From sequence record LR756502.1: a stretch of DNA of 64,000 bases; one strand, written 5' to 3'. The notes beneath the pieces are model-generated. The model was not told the DNA's origin. It searched no databases and saw only the letters and a program-made list of their open reading frames with translations. This document shows positions 57,396 to 64,000 of the stretch, in pieces (within the stretch, counting starts at the first letter, position 1; each line of letters starts with the position of its first letter). The position numbers were made by a program, and so were the translations under genes.

Positions 57396-58400
57396 CTATA
57401 TATTTGTATTTTTCTGCCAATTCCAAGCACTATTCATCATTTCTTCCACTCCGAGCTCTGCCTTCCATCCTAATTTCTCCTCTGCTTTTGATGAGTCTGA
57501 GTATATTTGTATTACATCTCCTGGTCTTCTATCTGAGATTTTATAATTTACTTTTAATCCATTTTCTTTCTCAAATGCTTTTATCATTTCAAGTACAGTT
57601 ATACCAGATCCACTTCCTAAGTTGAATATATCATACTTTATATCATTCTTACCACTTAATAGGAAATCAATTGCCTTGACATGTGCTTTTGCAATATCAA
57701 CAACATGTATATAATCTCTAACCGCTGTGCCGTCTCTTGTTGGGTAGTCTGATCCAAATACATTCATCTCTTCATTATTAAATACTGAATTGCATATAAC
57801 TGGTACAAGATTATTTGGCTTGTTTATTGGTGACTCTCCGATAAGACCACTATTATGAGCACCGACTGGATTAAAATATCTTAATGATATTGCATTGAAG
57901 TCTCTTGAATTACAAAAGTCTTTAATTATTTGCTCACCAACTAATTTTGTATTTGCATATGGTGATTCTGGGTATGATATAGGAGTGTTCTCATTTACTG
58001 GTAGATTATCGACATTACCATATACTGAACAAGATGATGAGAATATGAAATTATTTATATTGAATCCACCACAATGCTTTAATATATTTAATAGACCATT
58101 GATATTATTATCATAATATTTGATTGGATCTTCTACTGACTCACTTACTGATTTATGTGCAGCAAAGTGTATTACTCCATCAATTTTTTGATGATCCATT
58201 ATATCATCTAGTTGATCTCTTATATCTCTCGCATAGAACTTTACATATCTACCAGTTATTTGGTGTATTTTGTTTAGTGTTATTGGATTGGAGTTATCAA
58301 AGTTATCAAACACAATTACATCATATCCACTATTTAGTAATTCAACAACTGTGTGTGATCCAATATATCCTGACCCACCTGTTACTAATATTGTCTTCAT
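57396..58400 (-). CDS. galE: UDP-glucose 4-epimerase
   Basis: GGSGYIGSHT, HFAAHKSVSES, FSSSCSVYG, PYANTK, LRYFNPVGAH, DGTAVRDYIHVVD. Confidence 0.95.
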   Translation of the reverse strand: MKTILVTGGSGYIGSHTVVELLNSGYDVIVFDNFDNSNPITLNKIHQITGRYVKFYARDIRDQLDDIMDHQKIDGVIHFAAHKSVSESVEDPIKYYDNNINGLLNILKHCGGFNINNFIFSSSCSVYGNVDNLPVNENTPISYPESPYANTKLVGEQIIKDFCNSRDFNAISLRYFNPVGAHNSGLIGESPINKPNNLVPVICNSVFNNEEMNVFGSDYPTRDGTAVRDYIHVVDIAKAHVKAIDFLLSGKNDIKYDIFNLGSGSGITVLEMIKAFEKENGLKVNYKISDRRPGDVIQIYSDSSKAEEKLGWKAELGVEEMMNSAWNWQKNTNI

Positions 58401-58867
58401 TAGTTTATTATTTTTGATAAATCCGCTGCTGAGTATTTTACTGACTTTAGAATCTTATCATCACCATTTCTGTATACGATATACTTACCATTCAATTCTT
58501 TGTAATACCCTTCTGTGCCATCTTTCTTCTTGTAGTGAGATAGAGTTTCAATTGCCTCTTGTATGGATGAACATGCCTTACTCATGTTACTTCTTTGTAC
58601 CTCATCGAATAATTCTATGAATTTATCACCAAATCCGAACTCAAGAACAGCTCCAGACAAGACATATTGTAAGTCACAAAGTGCATCGGATATTTCTACT
58701 AAATCTCCATCTTTTATAGCTTGTGATAATTCATCAAGTTCTTCTTGTAGAAGACTTACCCTTAGTTCACATCTCTGTTCTGATGGTATCTGTGGTTTGT
58801 CAAGTATTGGTGCGTTAAATGTTTTGTGAAATTCAGCTACCTGGTTTAATGCGTCTAATTTTTTCAT
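58400..58867 (-). CDS. MazG-like nucleoside-triphosphate pyrophosphohydrolase
   Basis: EFHKTF...LLQEELDEL...ISDALCDLQYV...EVQRSNMSK. Confidence 0.85.
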   Translation of the reverse strand: MKKLDALNQVAEFHKTFNAPILDKPQIPSEQRCELRVSLLQEELDELSQAIKDGDLVEISDALCDLQYVLSGAVLEFGFGDKFIELFDEVQRSNMSKACSSIQEAIETLSHYKKKDGTEGYYKELNGKYIVYRNGDDKILKSVKYSAADLSKIIN

Positions 58868-58931
58868 AAGAATAATTTTGGTTATTATATGATAAAACTA
58901 ATTTATAGTTCATTAAAATAATATATAGTTT

Positions 58932-60002
58932 ATGAAACATTTGAGAAATTTTGATAAGTTTAAGAAGTCTAATGTTAACGAAGAGCTTCTTGGTGGTCTA
59001 ATGAATTGGTTCAAGAACATGTGGAATAAAGCAGTTAAAGACCTTGAGGGTTTGGAAGATGATCCAAACAAAATAAAGGAATGGGTAATAAATAATGCTT
59101 TGAACCCAAAAGATGATACAAATGTTTTCTCACAAGTACTTAAAGATTTTCAGAAGAAAGATAAAGCAAATGATCAAGACTGCTTAACACTTATTGACAA
59201 CTTACTTGATCCTGAGACTGGTTCACTTGGTAAGCAAGGTATCGGTGTTTTATTATCAAATAAAGCTCTACAAGGTGAGAAGTTAAAGGCTAAGAGAGTA
59301 ATGTTAGAATATATTGTGACTACTGCTAGAAATCAAACAATTGCTAAGATTAAGTTTGCTGGTGGTCCAAAGGATGGTAAGATAGACCCGAAGAAAAAGA
59401 ATATTGATTTGAAAGATACAAATCATCTACCTGATTTAAAGAAGATATTAATTGCTCAGAAAACGGATGAGAAGAAAAAGAAGGACGAGACTATTAAATG
59501 GGTTAATGTAACATTTATACCAATGATTCAGAATTTTGTTAAGGCGATAAAAGAAGATGATATTAGAGCAGCACTCACAAAGCAAGGAATTGAATTATCT
59601 GGTGGTGATTATAAAGAAGGTGATAGTGTTATCTATCTATTAAAAGATAAGACTAAAGAGGAGTGGGATAAGCTAACAGATGATCAGAAAAAGTTAACAG
59701 CTGAAGCCCCTGCAAATACAATAGTTGGAGTACATAAGATAGAGAAGATAGAAGGTGATAATGTTACCCTATTGGATAAGGATGATAAACCAACAATTGT
59801 AAAGACTAAGGAGGATATTATTGGTAAGTCTGAAGTCGAGAAGGGTCCTAATGCTCAAGATTTGGCTAAAAAACTTGGTGATATTAAAACAGATGAGGAT
59901 AAAATGAAGAAAGTATCCAGTTATGTTGACTTCATGAATGATGCCGCAAATAAAGATAAGATCGCCGAGATTGATAAAATAATTGGCGGTGGTGGTGCTT
60001 AG
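58932..60002 (+). CDS. Lys/Asp-rich hypothetical protein with N-terminal leader
   Basis: Starts MKHLRNFDKFKKSNVNEE; TAATATATAG at 58919-58928. Confidence 0.75.
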   Translation: MKHLRNFDKFKKSNVNEELLGGLMNWFKNMWNKAVKDLEGLEDDPNKIKEWVINNALNPKDDTNVFSQVLKDFQKKDKANDQDCLTLIDNLLDPETGSLGKQGIGVLLSNKALQGEKLKAKRVMLEYIVTTARNQTIAKIKFAGGPKDGKIDPKKKNIDLKDTNHLPDLKKILIAQKTDEKKKKDETIKWVNVTFIPMIQNFVKAIKEDDIRAALTKQGIELSGGDYKEGDSVIYLLKDKTKEEWDKLTDDQKKLTAEAPANTIVGVHKIEKIEGDNVTLLDKDDKPTIVKTKEDIIGKSEVEKGPNAQDLAKKLGDIKTDEDKMKKVSSYVDFMNDAANKDKIAEIDKIIGGGGA

Positions 60003-60414
60003 TAATTTCAAACAATTTAATGAGTCTAATTCAAACTTTATGTCAGAAGATGATGTTAAGGATATATTTATTGATATAATCGATGAGGGGTTTGATGTTG
60101 AGTTCTTCCGTGTGAGGTCAGAGAATGAGTGTGTGTACTCTGGCAAGTACTTTTTTGAGTTTAGAAAAAATCTATCAAACGAATCACTGGGATATATTGA
60201 TGTTGGAGATGTTGATGGATATACTAACCTTAATAACATGAAGTCTCAATTAGATATATTTGATATATTAATCGACATAAAAACCAGAGTAAACTCACTT
60301 GGATATACAATATCTTTTGGATATGAATCATCATTAACATCAACCTCCGATAACCAAGTGATTTTAATTTGCAATATGCAACATTCGAAACTTGATTCAG
60401 ACTCTCTTGATTAA
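59995..60414 (+). CDS. Hypothetical protein with N-terminal leader
   Basis: Probable GTG start: MLSNFKQFNES. Confidence 0.65.
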   Translation: MLSNFKQFNESNSNFMSEDDVKDIFIDIIDEGFDVEFFRVRSENECVYSGKYFFEFRKNLSNESLGYIDVGDVDGYTNLNNMKSQLDIFDILIDIKTRVNSLGYTISFGYESSLTSTSDNQVILICNMQHSKLDSDSLD

Positions 60415-60450
60415 ATATTAATCATGTAGCATAATTTTAATATATAACCT

Positions 60451-61443
60451 ATGAGTAAGGAAATTAGGAAACACCTAGAAAAGATTTTTAATAAGATTGA
60501 CTCTATTGCTAAGAAAGGCAAAGACAACGTATTTGAATACTATAAATATGTTGATGAGTTGGTTAATAAGGGTGAATATAGCTATTTTGAACAGGCTTTG
60601 TACTATTATTATAAGATAGACACATCCATTTATATTGATGTGTCTGTTGTTAAAAGGAAGACTTGGAAGCCTATATTATTTGAAACATCGTCATCATTTT
60701 CAACAAAGCTTAAAAGATTATATGATGAAAGAAAGGTATATCAAATAGGATTTGATATTTATAGTGATGATATAAGTAGATTGCAAATTTCACTATCCAA
60801 TCCTTTAAGTTCAACATTTTCATCTATCTCATCAACACAGTCAATATCAATTACTAGAACTGATGATGTAATCTATTTTAACACAGATGATAATATTTAT
60901 AGAATTGAGATATCTCAAGCAAACTGGTCGTTTGTTGCAGGTAGTACAACTTCATATCAACCACCAAAAATAATAAAGGATGTTGATCAAGTTTTAGTTA
61001 CACAGTCATCTACAAGAACACAGATACCAACATCATATGCTGCTGACTATTTACTTAGTGTATATGTTAGACCTCCATTCGGTCCTTGTGGTGGAGGTGG
61101 TGGGGCGACAAGCGTTACAAATTATAGAATAAGTCTTTCGAATAATAGATTGCTTGGTCAAATAAAAGAGGTAGATGCCTACTCAACAAATAGTAAATAT
61201 CTTATAGAAAATAAGGAATTCGCTAAACTAATGGGATCCAAAAAAATAAACTTGGATGTTTATAAAAACACATCTGTTACTGAGATAACACTAAATGTTG
61301 ACTCACTTTCTTTCGATCAAAACTTACTGATAAGATATTCAATGGCCATTGATATATTACTTGGACTTGATTTTGTTATAATGAATGGATATTGGAATGA
61401 TATAGGAGTTTGGATAGATTCTGAAATCTGGGCAGATGCTTAG
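60451..61443 (+). CDS. Hypothetical protein, probably structural
   Basis: TAATATATAA at 60438-60447; C-terminal GYWNDIGVWIDSEIW. Confidence 0.7.
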   Translation: MSKEIRKHLEKIFNKIDSIAKKGKDNVFEYYKYVDELVNKGEYSYFEQALYYYYKIDTSIYIDVSVVKRKTWKPILFETSSSFSTKLKRLYDERKVYQIGFDIYSDDISRLQISLSNPLSSTFSSISSTQSISITRTDDVIYFNTDDNIYRIEISQANWSFVAGSTTSYQPPKIIKDVDQVLVTQSSTRTQIPTSYAADYLLSVYVRPPFGPCGGGGGATSVTNYRISLSNNRLLGQIKEVDAYSTNSKYLIENKEFAKLMGSKKINLDVYKNTSVTEITLNVDSLSFDQNLLIRYSMAIDILLGLDFVIMNGYWNDIGVWIDSEIWADA

Positions 61444-61458
61444 AAAACTATATAAAAT

Positions 61459-61494
61459 AAAAAAAAGTGGTTAAGATTCTTAACCACTTTTTTA
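61459..61494. terminator. Bidirectional intrinsic terminator
   Basis: aaaaaagtggttaaga-t-tcttaaccactttttt. Confidence 0.85.
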
Positions 61495-61499
61495 TTTCC

Positions 61500-64000
61500 T
61501 TATATCTCAACGATTGAGAAACTTAAATCCCTTACCCTTGCTACACCTGCACCTACTGATGCTAACGATATATCAACCCAAACTGCTGTACCAATTGATA
61601 GGCCAGATACAATTGCATTTGAGTGAAATGGTGTTCTAATATTTAAGTTGTTCTGTGCCATATTTATAAGTGATCCAGCTGTTGTTCCTGTTAGTACCGC
61701 TGCATTTAATGGTGGTGTTCCTGTTCCATATCTTATTTGTACAGCAACCCCTCTAGCGTTAGTATCATTATCAATATCTCCCGCTACTATGATCAGAATT
61801 GTACCAGATCTGCTTGGTGTTATACTAGCAGAGCATCCCATCATTACACCAATCGTTGATGTTGTTGTTGTTGGATTTGCTGGTGTTATTTGTGATGATG
61901 TTATAGAGACTGCTGGTCCGGTAGCACCGGTAGCACCGGTTAGTCCTTGACTTCCGGTTGCTCCTGCTGGTCCTGTGGATCCAGTAGATCCACTTCCAGT
62001 TGCTCCTGCAGGACCTGTTGATCCTGTTGCACCTTGTATACCTTGACTTCCAGTTGCTCCTGCAGGACCTGTTGATCCTGTTGCACCTTGTATACCTTGA
62101 CTTCCAGTTGCTCCTGCAGGACCTGTTGATCCTGTTGCACCTTGTATACCTTGACTTCCAGTTGCTCCTGTTGATCCGGTAGCACCTTGTATACCTTGAC
62201 TTCCAGTTGCTCCGGTAGCACCTTGTATACCTTGACTCCCAGTTGCTCCTGTTATACCTTGTATACCTTGACTTCCGGTATCACCTTGTATACCTTGACT
62301 TCCGGTTGCTCCAGTTGGTCCAGTGTTAACTGGTGCTGTTTGCCAAGTAGCTGAGGTTGCTGAAGTGGCTATTAATGTCTGTCCAACACTTGGTCCAGTT
62401 GATCCTGATACATAAACAGACAAACCATTTGTCCTAATAGCATTTGTCTCAATATAATTTGTTGATCCTATAATTGTTTTGTTTGTAAGTGATGCTGTTA
62501 CTGACGGAAAACTAGATAAAATACTTGGTATATTATCTAAGTATATCTTATCAGCTACTGACATAAACCCAGCACTTGTTTGTGATGCTGTTGCATGTGT
62601 TGTACCACCTCCTATTTGTCCGTGACTATGAACGTGATCTTGTCTAGCAAATGCATTTTGACTACCAATTTGATTTGTTGACCCAATTGTTGACGGTGTT
62701 CCTGTTGTTAGTGGATCAGAACCGTTTGGTAGATGTCTGGACTGATGTGATTCTATTGTAATACCATTTACTTGACCAACTCCTGTTATTGAGTTACTAC
62801 CCATAACTAAATTACCAGACATTGCTCTGCCTCCATTTGTTAGTAGGTATTGTGTGTGTGAATCGACTCCTAGATTTATTAAGGATGAGTGATCTGCTGC
62901 CGCATTTATACCAGATGCTTTGAACCCTATAACCGGTCTTTGATCTCTTATCTCAACTATACTAGATGTTCCTTGTTGAACAATAATACCAGCTATTAAA
63001 GCAACTCCATCACTGAAATATGTTGGTGGTGTTGGTATATCAGCATTTTGAGCATCTAATAATAATGCATATTCTGCTTGGCCATAAACCATAAAGTATT
63101 TTTCTTGGCCATCGTCACCTAATACATAAAGTGAGTGTTTTGTATAATTTGATGCAGACAAACCGATTAATGAGTTTGTTCCTCCATAGTATGAGCTATC
63201 AACTGAATTGGTTATTGATATAACATGACCTCCTAATCCATCGCTATAATATGAACTAAATGTTATGCCAGTTCCTCCAGATGGTAGAAATTCATTGGCA
63301 CCGAAGTAGTAGACACCTGATGTTATATCTAGTTTATATGGTGTTATGCTAGTAGATACTATAGATCCAGATGAATAAACTGGTCCAAATCCTTTTCTGA
63401 ATAATTTAACAACTCTATTTGACCAATGTTCTGATGGTACAGGAGATCTCTCAACAAATTCCAATGATGCTGTTCCTGATCTAACTCTACCAAGTAATAT
63501 GTTTTCAGATGTTATTGGTATAGTTGAACTGTAGCTCAAAATTCCAGATGAGTTATAATAAATGTAACTTGTTGTGCTAGGTGGTACTGATAATGATGTG
63601 TTTATCCATGTCTTTTTATATAATACATCATCCACCTCATAGTATCCAAATCCTTCAGCTATACTAACTGTAAGTCCTCCTCCATCACCAATAACACCAC
63701 CTTGAACAACACCCATTGTGGATGTTTCTGTTATTAATGTTGAAACATCTGTAGTTGTAGTTGTATTGTATGTTATATTTAAACCACCATTTATTGTAAA
63801 ATCACCAACTTCTGTGTCTGTGAATACAATAGATAAATTATCTGAAGTTGATAATACCTTTGATGTCTCAAAAGATCCAAATATACTACCTGTTGATGTT
63901 GGGTTGTTAATTATAACATGATTGTTTGTATTCTCAACAACTGTTGAAATTACCCTGAGCTCACATGGATTTCCCGCATCATTTGGATTGTATATAGCAT
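61500..64000 (-). CDS. Collagen-like tail fibre/spike protein (partial; frame stays open to the window end)
   Basis: No stop between 63716 and 63998 in frame; (Gly-X-Y)n tract [18 protein letters not shown]; Ser/Thr/Gly-rich; globular C-terminus. Confidence 0.8.
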   Translation of the reverse strand, partial: AIYNPNDAGNPCELRVISTVVENTNNHVIINNPTSTGSIFGSFETSKVLSTSDNLSIVFTDTEVGDFTINGGLNITYNTTTTTDVSTLITETSTMGVVQGGVIGDGGGLTVSIAEGFGYYEVDDVLYKKTWINTSLSVPPSTTSYIYYNSSGILSYSSTIPITSENILLGRVRSGTASLEFVERSPVPSEHWSNRVVKLFRKGFGPVYSSGSIVSTSITPYKLDITSGVYYFGANEFLPSGGTGITFSSYYSDGLGGHVISITNSVDSSYYGGTNSLIGLSASNYTKHSLYVLGDDGQEKYFMVYGQAEYALLLDAQNADIPTPPTYFSDGVALIAGIIVQQGTSSIVEIRDQRPVIGFKASGINAAADHSSLINLGVDSHTQYLLTNGGRAMSGNLVMGSNSITGVGQVNGITIESHQSRHLPNGSDPLTTGTPSTIGSTNQIGSQNAFARQDHVHSHGQIGGGTTHATASQTSAGFMSVADKIYLDNIPSILSSFPSVTASLTNKTIIGSTNYIETNAIRTNGLSVYVSGSTGPSVGQTLIATSATSATWQTAPVNTGPTGATGSQGIQGDTGSQGIQGITGATGSQGIQGATGATGSQGIQGATGSTGATGSQGIQGATGSTGPAGATGSQGIQGATGSTGPAGATGSQGIQGATGSTGPAGATGSGSTGSTGPAGATGSQGLTGATGATGPAVSITSSQITPANPTTTTSTIGVMMGCSASITPSRSGTILIIVAGDIDNDTNARGVAVQIRYGTGTPPLNAAVLTGTTAGSLINMAQNNLNIRTPFHSNAIVSGLSIGTAVWVDISLASVGAGVARVRDLSFSIVEI
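61992..62153. repeat. Three exact 54-bp tandem repeats within the collagen tract
   Basis: Unit acttccagttgctcctgcaggacctgttgatcctgttgcaccttgtataccttg x3, with degenerate copies to about 62320. Confidence 0.9.

Noticed and set aside
61992-62153. CRISPR array
   Set aside because: Repeats are contiguous with no spacers and encode in-frame Gly-X-Y collagen.
393-63921. Numerous antisense ORFs in the track (e.g. 6868-7419, 14650-15051, 33957-34235, 59769-60239, 61940-62221)
   Set aside because: They lie wholly opposite or within well-supported genes and show the Ser/Leu/Phe-rich composition of shadow frames.
1-64000. Stop-codon reassignment (as in some large Bacteroidota phages)
   Set aside because: Conserved genes are full length in the standard code; TAG and TGA both terminate genes at sensible positions.
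1-64000. Bacterial chromosome or eukaryotic giant virus origin
   Set aside because: T4-type topoisomerase, RNase H, gp6-like baseplate and scattered single host-like genes without their usual operons indicate a phage; NusG, RnpA and Bacteroidota promoters argue against a eukaryotic virus.
1-64000. tRNA, tmRNA or RNase P RNA genes
   Set aside because: Intergenic gaps are short and AT-rich and I saw no cloverleaf or T-loop GTTCRA context; an Infernal or tRNAscan run would be needed to exclude them formally.

Overview
AT-rich, gene-dense, standard-code segment of a very large T4-like (myovirus-type) phage genome, almost certainly infecting Bacteroidota. Phage evidence: T4-type split topoisomerase II (gp39/60-like, gp52-like), T4-like RNase H, gp6-like baseplate wedge, collagen-like fibre, amidase, GIY-YIG homing endonuclease. 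Host evidence: TTTG-N20-TATATTTG promoters, T9SS-type cargo proteins, and Bacteroidota-like NusG, RnpA, Hc1 and DnaK tail. Host-like genes also include prs, gmk, galE, a GT2, FMN glutamate synthase, SpoVR, rhomboid and an acyl-CoA thioesterase. The most striking unexplained structure is two mutually exclusive peptide tags on otherwise unrelated proteins. About 17 ORFs start with an M-K-x-x-K-x-Y/F-x-x-F-x-N-E-like leader that resembles the T4 capsid-targeting sequence, and these genes sit behind a TAATATATA motif. About 15 other ORFs end in R-x-x-K-[IL]-x-x-[IV]-L. Also notable: the homing endonuclease sits between a dead copy and a recoded live copy of the gmk P-loop. I recognised no tRNA, rRNA or CRISPR array. 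All family assignments come from motif recognition by eye, not from database searches.
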